A DNA stretch of 64,000 bases from a bacterium (GTDB lineage: Bacteria; UBA8248). Shown here one piece after another: positions 20,984-31,354 of the stretch (position 1 is the stretch's first letter; each line of letters starts with the position of its first letter). The stretch is taken from contig CBDATS010000004.1 of assembly GCA_965200245.1 (NCBI GenBank), positions 640,001 to 704,000 of the forward strand, written 5' to 3'. A program made the position numbers and the translations under genes. The notes below the pieces were generated by a model. That model saw nothing but the letters and a program-made list of their open reading frames with translations, was not told the DNA's origin and ran no database searches.

Positions 20984-22807
20984 CTAGGCGACGGTGACGG
21001 ACTTTGCCAGAGCGCGCGGCCTGTCGACATCGCGCTTCAAGGCCACAGCGAGGAAGTAGGCCAGCAACTGCCCCGAGACCAGATGCAGGAAGGGCGCGAG
21101 CAGGGGAGAGACTCTCGGCAGCACGATCTCCTCGCTGAAAAGTCCCTCCACCACATCGTCACCATCGAAGCGGTAGCCGAGCACGAAGCCGCCGCGTGCG
21201 CGCACTTCTTCCACGCAGCTCCTGGTGAGAGCGTGGAGTTCGGCTTCTTCGGGCGTGGGCATGAGGACGATGGTGTACATATTCTCGTCTATCAGGGAGA
21301 TGGTGCCGTGCTTGAGAAAACCTGCACTCATTCCTTCCGCGTGGAGGTAGGTGACTTCCTTCATCTTGAGGGCGCACTCGAGCGCTGCCGGGTAGTAAAT
21401 ACCCCGGCCCAGGTAGAGCCAGTTCTTCATGTGCTGGTGCGCCTGCGCCGCTGCGTGGAAATAGCCCGATCGTTCGTTGAGGGTCTCGAGTACGAGGTCG
21501 GACAGGGCGGCCACCTCTTTCCGCAACGCAACAACCTCCGCCTCGTCCACACGTCCCGCGAGCAGGCCGAACTCCATTGAGGCGAGCAGCAGTATCACCG
21601 CCTGGCTCAGGGCTGTCTTGGTACTGATAACGCATTTTTCGGGGCCTGCGCCCTGCAGGACAGGCACGTCCACCGAGCGGACGAGGGTGGAGCCCATCAT
21701 GTTCACGATGCCCGCCGTCCTCGCTCCATTCGATTTCGCATGACGCATGGCGCTCAACGTATCGTAGGTTTCCCCCGACTGGCTGATGGAGCAAAAGGCG
21801 TCTTCCGGTCCCATTTCCACGACGTGGGAGAATTCGTCCGTGCTGACGACGGGCAGATACCTTCCCCCCATGGAGTTGAAGAAATACTGACCCATCGACG
21901 CGATGTAATACGTCGTTCCCACGCCGCCCAGAAAGCATTGCCGCGACTCTTGGATCATCCCGGCCAGGGCCTGAATATCCTTTCTGGGAATCTCGAGGGC
22001 GGCCTGGACGGTGGCAGGCTGGTCGTAAATCTCCTTGAGCATGAAATGCGGATAGCCGCCCCGGCGCGCCTTTTCCGCGTCCCACTCGATTTCGGTGATT
22101 TCCTTGTCGACGCTCTCTCCGGTGAGCAGACTCTTTACAACGTAGCTTTCCGGCGTGATGACCGCAAACTCGCCGTCTTCCATGATGATCGCCCGGCGTG
22201 TGAACTCGAAGAAGGCGCTGAAATCCGACCCCACGTAGTTGGCGTCGTCCCCCAGTCCGATAATGAGGGGCGATTCGCGCCTCACGCAGAATATCCGCCC
22301 CGGCGCGTGGACCGAGATGACCGCGAGCGCGAAGGTACCCTCGAGTTCGTCAATCGCCTCCACGAAGCCTGCTTCCACGTCCTGGCCGTTTCGCGCGACT
22401 TTCTGCGCCACCAAGTGCGCGATGACCTCGGAATCCGTTTCCGATCGGAACGACGCACCCTCGCGCGCGAGTTTCTTTCTGAGTTCCCTGTAGTTCGAGA
22501 TGATACCGTTGTGCACTACGGCGATGCGGCTCTCATTGTCCGCATGGGGATGCGCGTTCGCCTGCGTCACCCCGCCGTGCGTCGCCCAGCGCGTGTGCGC
22601 AATGCCTACCAAGCCCTTCATGTCCGTGAAGCGTTCCAGTGCGTTCACCGCCTCCACGGTTCCCACGTTCTTGCGGACGTCAATCGTTCCGTTTCTCTGA
22701 ACGGCCATGCCGCAGGAATCGTAACCGCGGTATTCCAAGGCTGCGATGGAGCGCAGGAGCTTCTGCGAAACGTTCGCACTCGCCGCCATGCCCGCGATGC
22801 CGCACAT
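20984..22807 (-). CDS. glmS: Glutamine-fructose-6-phosphate aminotransferase
   Basis: MCGIAG, EYRGYDS, HTRWATHG, SQSGET, LAKSVTV. Confidence 0.96.
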   Translation of the reverse strand: MCGIAGMAASANVSQKLLRSIAALEYRGYDSCGMAVQRNGTIDVRKNVGTVEAVNALERFTDMKGLVGIAHTRWATHGGVTQANAHPHADNESRIAVVHNGIISNYRELRKKLAREGASFRSETDSEVIAHLVAQKVARNGQDVEAGFVEAIDELEGTFALAVISVHAPGRIFCVRRESPLIIGLGDDANYVGSDFSAFFEFTRRAIIMEDGEFAVITPESYVVKSLLTGESVDKEITEIEWDAEKARRGGYPHFMLKEIYDQPATVQAALEIPRKDIQALAGMIQESRQCFLGGVGTTYYIASMGQYFFNSMGGRYLPVVSTDEFSHVVEMGPEDAFCSISQSGETYDTLSAMRHAKSNGARTAGIVNMMGSTLVRSVDVPVLQGAGPEKCVISTKTALSQAVILLLASMEFGLLAGRVDEAEVVALRKEVAALSDLVLETLNERSGYFHAAAQAHQHMKNWLYLGRGIYYPAALECALKMKEVTYLHAEGMSAGFLKHGTISLIDENMYTIVLMPTPEEAELHALTRSCVEEVRARGGFVLGYRFDGDDVVEGLFSEEIVLPRVSPLLAPFLHLVSGQLLAYFLAVALKRDVDRPRALAKSVTVA

Positions 22808-22808
22808 G

Positions 22809-24014
22809 CTAGCTTTCTCCCCGGGGGTAGGTGTAATGGTGCGGAATGACCTTGCCGGGCGGGACGACGGTTCCGGAGGCGAGCGTGTTCGATGCACCGA
22901 CCTGCGCACCGTCGCCCAGAAAGGAACCTACCTTCTCAAGGCCTGACTCGACCTCTCCCTCCGGCATTCGCACCATGTTGGGGGAGCGGTCGAGGTTCTG
23001 AGTCAGCGTCATGGTGCCCGAACCCACCACGGCGCCCTCGCCGACCACGCTGTCTCCCACGAAGGAGAGACGCCCGACCCGAACACCGTTGAACAGGATG
23101 CAGTTCTTGAGTTCCACGCCGAAACCGATGGTCGCGTTCGCGCCGATGGCCGTATAGGGACGGACCAGAACCCCGTTTCCGAGAAACGTGTTTTCCCCGA
23201 TGAAACACGGTCCGAATATAGAGACGCCCGATTCAATCACCACGTTTTTTTCGATCACCACGGGACCACGGAACTGCACTGCGCCCCTCAGCATCACACT
23301 GCCGTCCACGCGTGCTTCGCTCCAAGTGTCCATGATCATCCGGTTGCCCTTGAGCAGGTCCCAGGGATGTTGGGCGTCCAGCCAGGGTTCCTCCCAAATC
23401 GAGGAGCGAAGACCCCCTCTTGCGCACAGCCTGTTCAGGGCCTCGTCCATATCGAGAGTTTCAAGCAAATCGAACAGCCGGCATGGCATGACAAACACGC
23501 CGGCCAGAACGTAGTTACCCACCTCGCGTTCCACGGGCTTTTCCACGAGACGCTCTATCTGCATGTCGTTGCCGAGATAGACCGTGCCGTAGTTCTGGGC
23601 GTGGGGCGTATGGCAAATCGCCGCAACGGGTTGCTGGAAGGAACCGAACGTCTGCACAACCTGGCGATACATGTTTTCCGACGCCAGCACGTCCGCATAG
23701 ACCAGCAGAAACGACTCGTCTTCCAGGAAATGCCCTTTCGCGAGGCTGATGGCGTCACGGATTCCCGTGGACTCCTCCTGGCGGATATACTGTATCGTCA
23801 TCCCGTAGCGCGAACCCTGCCCGATTTCACTGATGATCATGTCGGAGCGGTGGCCAACGACAACGACGAGATCGCTCACGCCTGCCGCGCGTATCTTCCT
23901 GAGCGTCGAGTGGAGAAGCATCTCGCCTGCCATCGGCAACATCGCCTTCGGCCGGGTATTCGTGAACGGATACAGGCCTGCCCCTCGGCCAGCTGCCAGA
24001 ATCAATGCTCTCAC
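22809..24014 (-). CDS. Bifunctional sugar-1-phosphate nucleotidyltransferase/acetyltransferase (archaeal GlmU-like)
   Basis: LILAAGRG..PFTNTRPKAM, EKP, PWDLL, C-terminal hexapeptide repeats. Confidence 0.82.
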   Translation of the reverse strand: MRALILAAGRGAGLYPFTNTRPKAMLPMAGEMLLHSTLRKIRAAGVSDLVVVVGHRSDMIISEIGQGSRYGMTIQYIRQEESTGIRDAISLAKGHFLEDESFLLVYADVLASENMYRQVVQTFGSFQQPVAAICHTPHAQNYGTVYLGNDMQIERLVEKPVEREVGNYVLAGVFVMPCRLFDLLETLDMDEALNRLCARGGLRSSIWEEPWLDAQHPWDLLKGNRMIMDTWSEARVDGSVMLRGAVQFRGPVVIEKNVVIESGVSIFGPCFIGENTFLGNGVLVRPYTAIGANATIGFGVELKNCILFNGVRVGRLSFVGDSVVGEGAVVGSGTMTLTQNLDRSPNMVRMPEGEVESGLEKVGSFLGDGAQVGASNTLASGTVVPPGKVIPHHYTYPRGES

Positions 24015-24111
24015 GAGATACCTTTCTCAGATTCGCTCAAAACGGGCCCGAAGCGGGCATTTTTTCTGCCTTGCGCGGGAAATTATAGCAAATCGGGCGG
24101 GTTTGCGCGCA

Positions 24112-24873
24112 TCAGGGTCTGGATTTACGCTTCTCGTAGATTGTCTGCGCACGACTCAAATCTTCTTTCGTGTTCACGCCGAGCGTTTCTTCGGGTGAAG
24201 CAAGGGAGAGTCCGACAACGACGTGCCCCCCTGCGCGCGCGATGGCGAAGACGTCAGGCAGGTAGTATTCCCCCTGGTTATTCTCGGGTTTGATCCTCGA
24301 CAGGGCGAATCGCAGGAAAGCGGCCTCGAAAGCGTAGGTCCCCGTGTTGATCTCGCGAATTTCCTTCTGCTCATCCGTAGCGTCCGATTCCTCCACTACA
24401 CCGACGAGCCTTTCTCCATCGCGCAGTACGCGACCATAACCCCGAGGCGCATCGACCACGGCCGTGAGCATGGTGGCCGCCGCACGCGCTTCACAATGTT
24501 GCCGGGCAAGCCGCTTCAGGGTGACGGATCGTATCAGGGGCGCATCGCCGCACAACAGGAAAAGATGCCCCGCCCCGATCTCGAGGCGGGAAAGACCCAC
24601 CTCGGCGGCATGGCCCGTGCCCAGCTGTTCTTCCTGAAAGGCGTATTCGATGTCTGCATCATCGCCCGAAAACGTTTCCCGAACATCGTCGGCCCGGTGA
24701 CCCAAGACGATGACGATTGGCCGGGCACCCGCCTCTCTCGCGGCGGTCACAACGTGCCGGATCATGGGTTGTCCCCCGACGGGATGAAGAACTTTCGCGA
24801 TCGGAGACTGCATTCGCTTGCCCTGGCCGGCGGCGAGGATGACGGCGGCGAACCCATCGCTTCGATGAGCCAA
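24112..24873 (-). CDS. GlmU N-terminal uridyltransferase domain only
   Basis: LAAGQGKRM, QLGTGHA, GYGRV, EINTG, NNQGEYYLPD, GVN; ends before the acetyltransferase domain. Confidence 0.88.
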   Translation of the reverse strand: MAHRSDGFAAVILAAGQGKRMQSPIAKVLHPVGGQPMIRHVVTAAREAGARPIVIVLGHRADDVRETFSGDDADIEYAFQEEQLGTGHAAEVGLSRLEIGAGHLFLLCGDAPLIRSVTLKRLARQHCEARAAATMLTAVVDAPRGYGRVLRDGERLVGVVEESDATDEQKEIREINTGTYAFEAAFLRFALSRIKPENNQGEYYLPDVFAIARAGGHVVVGLSLASPEETLGVNTKEDLSRAQTIYEKRKSRP

Positions 24874-24878
24874 GGAAT

Positions 24879-26267
24879 TTATCTCCGGCGGGAGGGAGAT
24901 GGCTTGGTCAGTCCGTATTCGTGGAGTTTCCTGTTCAGCGTGTTGCGGCTGATGCCCAAAATCTCTGAAGCCTGTTTCCGGTTCCCGCCCGCTTCGCGGA
25001 GTACCAGTTCGATCAGGGGTTTTTCGACGCTGCGCATGGTGTACCCATAGAAGTCGCTGTCCCCCCCGTCGTCCAGGGCAGCGATTACCGAGGAGAGCCT
25101 GTCCCGAAAAAAGTGTTCCATGTCGCCGCGTTCTTCCCTGCGGGAAGTGGTACTGATATCGTCGAGCGCGATCGAGTTATTCTCGCTGATCAGAAAGGCG
25201 CGGTACAAAGCCATCTCAAGTTCCGCCTCGTTTCCCCACCACTTTTGGGCGGAAAACCAGTTCATCGCCGCCGGCGTGATCCGTTTTTTCGACTGCCCGA
25301 CGCGATCCGAGAATTCATCCAGAATCCCCTGGGCCACGCTCGAAATATCCTTTTTCCGTTCGCGCAGCGGGGGAATCTTGATGAAACAAGTCGTCTCCTC
25401 ACGATAGAGGCACTTGAGAATCCTGTCCTGAATCAACCTCTGTGGATCGATCGTGCAGCCGAATATCACGCGGAACTCCCGCGAGAGGCTTTTTTTCTTC
25501 AGGACTCTGGCCAGCGCCTTCTGGTGATCCCTCGCCATGAGTTGGGCGTCCTCGATAAAGAGCGTACCCCCTTTCTCGAGGATGTCTCCCTCCGTTCCGC
25601 GTTTTTCCGTCATACGCCTGATGGCACTTTCGAGCGTCGAGGCGCGTCTCTTCTTCGGTCCCCAATGCAGAAACGGGTGCCGCACCCCCGGATGCAGGGC
25701 ATGCAGTGCGTGGGCGACGACCCGAAAATTCAGTCCCTTCTCCCCTTCCAGAACTACCGTTTCGAACTTGCGGCCCGCCCGCTGCACCGCTCGTCTGAGC
25801 CTCTCGGCCGCCGCACTCGTTCCATCGAACCGCCACCCGCCTTGCTTTTCACGCACCTCGGTGCGAAGCCACCCGAGTTCCCGGCGAAGATTGCCCTCCT
25901 CGCTCAACGCCATGGAGAACTGGAACACTTCCTCGGGATGGACTTCGTCCACAAAAACAGCCCGCGCCCCCGACTGGATGCTCAAGGGCGTGATCCCCTT
26001 GTCCTCGGGGCGGAGAATCGCGGCGAGCGGCTTGCCCATCTCCTCGATTCTCTGGATCGCCGCCATATCTTCGTGCCCTGTGACTCCCAACAGCACGAAA
26101 TCGCACCAGTTGATGCGTGCCCGCGCTCGCGAGGGAGTTTCGAAATAGAGCGCCTTCATTCCGGTATCCCGCAAACCGGCGAGCATGCTCTCCCTGCCTA
26201 GCGTGAGGCGGCCCACGAAGAGCACCCTGGCGCCAGTCGCGTCCCTGTCGATTGTTTTCATCGTCAC
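24879..26267 (-). CDS. Degenerate sigma-54 activator-like regulator with Fis/NtrC HTH
   Basis: GGTLFI, IPPLRERKKDI, WWGN, GNRKQASEILGISRNTL; Walker A and GAFTGA not conserved. Confidence 0.8.
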   Translation of the reverse strand: MTMKTIDRDATGARVLFVGRLTLGRESMLAGLRDTGMKALYFETPSRARARINWCDFVLLGVTGHEDMAAIQRIEEMGKPLAAILRPEDKGITPLSIQSGARAVFVDEVHPEEVFQFSMALSEEGNLRRELGWLRTEVREKQGGWRFDGTSAAAERLRRAVQRAGRKFETVVLEGEKGLNFRVVAHALHALHPGVRHPFLHWGPKKRRASTLESAIRRMTEKRGTEGDILEKGGTLFIEDAQLMARDHQKALARVLKKKSLSREFRVIFGCTIDPQRLIQDRILKCLYREETTCFIKIPPLRERKKDISSVAQGILDEFSDRVGQSKKRITPAAMNWFSAQKWWGNEAELEMALYRAFLISENNSIALDDISTTSRREERGDMEHFFRDRLSSVIAALDDGGDSDFYGYTMRSVEKPLIELVLREAGGNRKQASEILGISRNTLNRKLHEYGLTKPSPSRRR

Positions 26268-26273
26268 ATTCCT

Positions 26274-26600
26274 TCAGGGAATCCGAAAGACAGGGCCGGA
26301 ATCCGAAACACCGGAAAAAATCACAACATCCCCGATGGAGGGCTCGTCCCCCCCATCGTTCGCCAAGCGGGCGAGAATCCGTCCGCCCTCTTCCAGTTCG
26401 ACCAACGCGAGTGTATACGGCGTCGCCATTCCCCTGGCTCCCATGTGAACCGAGGAGAAGCTGTAGACGGTTCCTCTCCCGGAAACTCGCCGTTCGTCCA
26501 TCTCGCCGGCGCAATACCTGCAGCATCCCGAATCTTCAAGATAAAGCCGCCCGCATCCGGAACAGACAAACGTACCCATCGCAATCATCCGCCCTTGCAC
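26274..26600 (-). CDS. Zn-ribbon/OB-fold protein (DUF35)
   Basis: CSGCG...CRYC, GRGTVYSFS, VELEEG; next to thiolase. Confidence 0.85.
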   Translation of the reverse strand: MQGRMIAMGTFVCSGCGRLYLEDSGCCRYCAGEMDERRVSGRGTVYSFSSVHMGARGMATPYTLALVELEEGGRILARLANDGGDEPSIGDVVIFSGVSDSGPVFRIP

Positions 26601-26603
26601 ACT

Positions 26604-27770
26604 TCAGGCGGTCACTCCCAGAATATGCACGGCACACGTAGCGCCCGAGCCTCCCAGGTTGTGGGCCAGTCCCACCTCGGCGCCCGGAACCTGGCGCGCA
26701 CCCGCCTCTCCACGCAACTGAAGCGTGAGTTCGTGAATCTGCGCCACGCCCGTCGCTCCCACCGGATGACCCTTTGATTTCAGGCCGCCGCTGGTGTTGA
26801 CCGGCATCGCACCACCGAGCTTCGTAATTCCTTCGAAAGCGCCTCGACTCCCCTCGCCCCTGGCGAAAAATCCCAAATCCTCAAGCGCGATAATCTCTGC
26901 GATAGTAAAACAGTCGTGAATCTCGACCAGATCGATGTCCTCACGGTTCAGGTTGGCATGAGAGAAGGCATCCTCCCCCGCCTTTTGCGTCGCATGGAAC
27001 GCCGTGATGTCGCGTTTGTCCGAGATAGCGGGCGAATCCGAAGCCTGCGTCGATGCGAGAACCTTCACCGGTTTTTCATGATGTGCCGCAGCCACTTCCG
27101 TGGGGCACAGCACGACGGCCGCCGCACCGTCGCTGATCAGCGAACAATCGAACAGCCCGAGCGGTTCCGCCACGGATCTGGCGTCGAGCACCTGGGCGAG
27201 CGAGATTTCCCTTTGCATGTGCGCGTTGGGGTTGAGCTTGCCGTGGGCGTGGTTTTTCACCGCCACCCAGGCGATCTGCTCACGCGGCGTTCCATACTCG
27301 TGCATGTGGCGTCTGGTGATGAGACCGAAAAGTGCGGGAAATGTCGAGCCCACGGGTTCTTCCATCGCAACGTCCCCGGCGGCGGCAAGAATGGAGGCCG
27401 TCTCGTCCGTCTGTGTCGACGTCATTTTTTCCACTCCGGCGACGAGTACATAATCCACCTGGCCCGAAGCCACGGCCAGCACCCCCTGGCGCATGGCGAG
27501 TCCGCCAGAAGCGCATGCGCCCTCCAGTCGGGTACAGGGAACCGCGCCCAGCCCCGCCGCGTGCGCCACCATGGGTGCTGCATGGTTCTGGCCGACGAAG
27601 GCCTGTGAGGCAAAATTGCCAAGAAAAAAAGCCTCGACCCGTTCGGGTTCGAGGCTTGCGTCGTCAAGGGCGTTCCTGCCTGCCATCGCGCCCAGCGCAG
27701 TGAGGCTCTCCTCCCTCACGCCAAACGGCGTGACACCTGCCCCAATGATCGATACGCCTCGCATCCTCAT
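26604..27770 (-). CDS. SCP2-type thiolase
   Basis: EGACASG, GVEKM, EIHDCF, VNTSGGL, GHPVGATG. Confidence 0.92.
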   Translation of the reverse strand: MRMRGVSIIGAGVTPFGVREESLTALGAMAGRNALDDASLEPERVEAFFLGNFASQAFVGQNHAAPMVAHAAGLGAVPCTRLEGACASGGLAMRQGVLAVASGQVDYVLVAGVEKMTSTQTDETASILAAAGDVAMEEPVGSTFPALFGLITRRHMHEYGTPREQIAWVAVKNHAHGKLNPNAHMQREISLAQVLDARSVAEPLGLFDCSLISDGAAAVVLCPTEVAAAHHEKPVKVLASTQASDSPAISDKRDITAFHATQKAGEDAFSHANLNREDIDLVEIHDCFTIAEIIALEDLGFFARGEGSRGAFEGITKLGGAMPVNTSGGLKSKGHPVGATGVAQIHELTLQLRGEAGARQVPGAEVGLAHNLGGSGATCAVHILGVTA

Positions 27771-27783
27771 CCCCTCGATGGAT

Positions 27784-29112
27784 TCATACGCGCGTTTCGC
27801 GCAAATCCAGAAATCTTTTCGCCTTGAACGTCGTTCTTTCAAAAGAGCCCGCGGGCAGAACTTCTACCTCGGGCGTCACGAGCAGTTTCACCCCGAGCCT
27901 TTTGCGCAACGCATGGCACATGCCCGGGTTCGCCTCTCCCTCGGCAGCCTCGGCCACGACGACGCAGCGGTCCCGTCCCGTCGACCTGTCCGGGTGCAAT
28001 TCCACGCGAAACTCGTTGCTGAGGCCCGGAAAACTCCGCACGACTTCCTCCACCTGGATGGGATAGAACTTCGCTCCCTTGTAGATGACGAGATCGTCAT
28101 GCCGCCCGAGAATCCCCCCCGGCGAACGCAGGTGCGTTCTGCCGCAAGCACTGGGGGAACTGTCCACGCACGCGAAATCGTTCGTCCAGTAGCGCAGCAT
28201 GGGCGTGGCCTCGCGCGTGAGATGCGTGATGACAAGAATGCCCACCTCGCCCTCGGGCACAGGCTATTTCGTCTCGGGATCCACGATCTCGACGATATGG
28301 TGATCCTCCGCCCAGATGAGTCCCGACTTCGCTGCCGACTCACTCGCGAAAGTCGGTCCGATCTCGCCAAGCCCGTAATAGTCATAGGCATCCAGGCCGA
28401 GAGCGGCTTCGATTCGAGCGCGTGTGGATGGGTTCTGCGTTCCCGCCTCCCCGCCGAAAGAGCCGACTTTCAAAGGGATATCCGCGGGGTCCACGCCGCT
28501 TTCGGTGAGTTTCTCCCCGATGTAGAGGCCGTAGCTCGGCGTACTCAGCAACACCGTGGAACCGACAGTGGTGAGGTAGTGAATCTGCCGTTCCGTCATG
28601 GCGGCGCCAATAGGTATTACGAAACACCCCATCTTCTGCGTGGCGTAGTGCACACTCATTCCGGCAACCCACAGCCCATAGCTGAAAGCGTTCTGGACAA
28701 CGTCGTTCGGTCTCACCCCGAAGCTCCACATCGTGCGCGCCGTGAAATCCGCGATGTTCTCGATGTCGTTCCTGCTCCAGATGGTGCTCACGGGAACCCC
28801 TGTGGTACCCGTGGAAGGGTGGAGTTCTCCCCACGTCTGCGGCGGAGCCACGGTGTATCGTCCGAAGGGAGGATGCTCCCGCTGCTCGTCTCTCAGTTCC
28901 TGTTTGGTAACGAATGGAATTTTCCGCAGATCGTCCAGGGTACGAACGGAATCAGGCCCAATACCCGCCTCATGCAGACGTTCACGGTAGAATCCGGATT
29001 CCAGGTAACAGCGGCGGACCTGCCACTTGAGGCGTTCGAGTTGTAGGGAGGCGAGTTCGTCACGCGCCATGCATTCGATTCGCTCATCCCAAAAATCGCC
29101 GTTTCGCACCAT
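27784..29112 (-). pseudogene. paaK: Phenylacetate-CoA ligase family, interrupted by an in-frame TAG at 28264-28266
   Basis: STGTTG, YGLGE, then DPETK*PVPEGEVG in one frame, then GRHDDL. Confidence 0.82.
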
Positions 29113-29427
29113 GACAGCGAAAACTCCTGTAGAGGAAAAGCGAGCGAATCTGTCGCACACTCCCGAAACCACATTCAGTTCGTAGACGATAATCCCGGAA
29201 AGAAATCCCAAGAAAGATAGTACAACGATTGATGATGCGCAAGTAAGGGGTTTTCCGGGTTCAGTTGATAGGTGTCCAGTGCTGCGTTAAACATCACTTA
29301 CGCTACGACTTGAAGTTATGTCAAGACAGTTGGTGTGACTGACTGTCTTGAAGATCACGCCTGCTCAGTACTGTAATTTGCAAATGTTGCTCATAATCTT
29401 CTTCAAATCCTAGAGTTCTTCATTCCC

Positions 29428-29676
29428 TTGGATCCCAAAGGTATTTTTCTGCGTGTTGGTAAGGCTGTTGATGCTGGTCAAGAAGGAGGCTACCAGTATG
29501 AATCTCCGGGTGCAGACCTCGTCGTTCGCATCGTTGAAAGATACCTCGCAGAACACCGGGAGTTGTTACAACAGGATGAGCAGTGTCGCCAGACACTTAT
29601 AGAGATTCTGGATGTATTTGTGAGCTGGCCCTCCGCCAGGAGACTTGTGTACCGACTGGATGATATCTTTCGGTGA
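29428..29676 (+). pseudogene. C-terminal remnant of a large protein, possibly a STAND/NACHT ATPase
   Basis: YQYESPGADLVVRIVERYLAEHR...LDVFVSWPSARRLVYRLDDIFR resembles C-termini of such proteins (from recall); no N-terminal part. Confidence 0.4.
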
Positions 29677-30008
29677 GCCATATACTGGGCGTGGGCGATT
29701 GTCTCCTGGAAACCGTAGCTATGCACTTGGCAAAGTTTCATTCCAGTAAATTATGAATATTCGTGCTCGCATATATGAAATTGCAGTATATTACTTTGCA
29801 ACTCCTCCTCGGTTCGATCCGTCCTGAGGGGATTTTTCACTTCATCGATCATCAGACGATGATGCAAATAACCTAGCAATAACTCCTCCTCCATGAATAT
29901 AGCGGAAACTACAGGGGAATTACTAAGCTAGTGCAGGCTCATCGAACTTCTGTCATGACCTTATCCAACTTGGCATGGAATAGGGTGAACATTTATTCAT
30001 GACAACTA

Positions 30009-30248
30009 CTATGATCTTACATCCCCGGAGGAGTTGATCCTCGTATATGGCCATTCGGGCCTCGTGCGCCTTTTCTTAATGGAAGAATGGAAGATTCTGG
30101 CCTGGTCTACGATCGCAAGAACCAGATCCGGGTCCATTGGATCAGGGTCGTCTACGGCATATTGATAGTACAGTTCTCTCTTTCTCTCGGTGTCCAGTTT
30201 GCTTATCGAATATTCAAACATTTTCCTGATGTTATACTTTTTAGTCAT
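30009..30248 (-). CDS. Mini-protein family C
   Basis: KLDTERKRELYYQYAVDDPDPMDPDLVLAIVDQARIFH; two paralogs upstream. Confidence 0.65.
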   Translation of the reverse strand: MTKKYNIRKMFEYSISKLDTERKRELYYQYAVDDPDPMDPDLVLAIVDQARIFHSSIKKRRTRPEWPYTRINSSGDVRS

Positions 30249-30312
30249 TTTTAAATACCCCGCAGAACGCAGGAAAGAGACCGTGTAGAACGGCACGGTG
30301 GGCAAAGAGAAT

Positions 30313-30543
30313 TCATCGCCGGTAATCCCGGGGCCAGTCGCGTCCTGTCTTTTCGGCTTCGAGCCTGTCCCTTTCGAGCATCCCAAAGAACGTATCCCCG
30401 AAAGGAGAAAGTCCCCCCTCCGAACAGAATTCGACGTATCTTTTCCGGTATTTCTCGTCACTCCAGCCGGCGAGAATGCGTCTTTGCGAATTGTCGAGTC
30501 TCATTCCCCGATACGATTTTTGCTTCGACTTTTCAAGTGCCAT
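30313..30543 (-). CDS. Small hypothetical protein
   Basis: Co-oriented 76-aa ORF inside the array. Confidence 0.5.
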   Translation of the reverse strand: MALEKSKQKSYRGMRLDNSQRRILAGWSDEKYRKRYVEFCSEGGLSPFGDTFFGMLERDRLEAEKTGRDWPRDYRR

Positions 30544-30669
30544 CTATCTCATCCCTTCGTCTTTGTGCCCTTCCTGCCCGGTTCGGAGGTATGGGGCCTC
30601 GTTTTTTCACGAATGCAGTCAGAATACATATCCTGCCGCCTCTCACGACAAAGAAAAGACGGGCGGCAT

Positions 30670-30862
30670 TCACCCGAAAATACCCGATATCCCTTCTGAG
30701 GACCTAGCATTTCCAGGGTTCTTATGGAATTGTCTCGATTCATCGATAATGGCTCGAACCAGGTCGGCATCTAATCGATCAGAACCGGAGGTGGCCGCAT
30801 CATAGTAGGACTTTCTTATTTTTTCCGTACTCAAACCCCTGATTTCAATGTCGTACCTTATT
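30670..30862 (-). pseudogene. Mini-protein family C, start lost
   Basis: GLSTEKIRKSYYDAATSGSDRLDADLVRAIIDESRQFH; no in-frame start. Confidence 0.55.
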
Positions 30863-31045
30863 TCTTATATCGGCCATTTCGGTTCTTCTCGGCATGGAAG
30901 GGTCCTGATTCGTCTATAATCAATCGAACCAAATCGGCATCTACCGGACCGGGTTCAGAAATGGAGTGGCTATAAAACGATTTTCCTTTCTTTTCGGTGT
31001 CCAGATATTCAATAAAAACCTTGTACTTCTTCTCGAAGGTGGCAT
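30858..31045 (-). pseudogene. Mini-protein family C, frameshifted
   Basis: EYLDTEKKR in one frame, FYSHSISEPGPVDADLVRLIIDESGPFH in another. Confidence 0.55.
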
Positions 31046-31046
31046 T

Positions 31047-31208
31047 TTAGTTTCCATGAATCATCCGGGATCTTTCCACTTCATCCCTTGCAATAACCAT
31101 GAAATCATCGTCCCTGTATTCAGCGACTGCCTTCAAGTACAGTTCCCTGTCCTTTTCAGTTTTCAGGAAATCGGCAGTATCGTATCTATAGGTTTTTGTT
31201 CTGGCCAT
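31047..31208 (-). CDS. Mini-protein family B (HI1420-like antitoxin N-terminal domain, no HTH)
   Basis: MARTKTYRYDTADFLKTEKDRELYLKAVAEYRDDDFMVIARDEVERSR; GGAG RBS; below the ORF-track size cutoff. Confidence 0.7.
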   Translation of the reverse strand: MARTKTYRYDTADFLKTEKDRELYLKAVAEYRDDDFMVIARDEVERSRMIHGN

Positions 31209-31354
31209 TGTTTATCTCTCCAGCTGCATCTTCGGTCCATTCCCATACATTAGCCGCGATCTTTCGATATCTTCCAGTGCTTCATCGACCAGTTTCCGAT
31301 TACCGAACTTTTCAACTGCTTCCAGGTAAAGTCTCCTGTCCTCTTCATCCTCCA
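31097..31354. repeat. 258-bp direct repeat, copy 1
   Basis: Identical by eye to 33677..33934 (offset 2580). Confidence 0.92.

Noticed and set aside
29798-29838. GGTTCGATCC resembling a tRNA T-loop or att site
   Set aside because: No cloverleaf or CCA context; better read as a hairpin followed by a T-run
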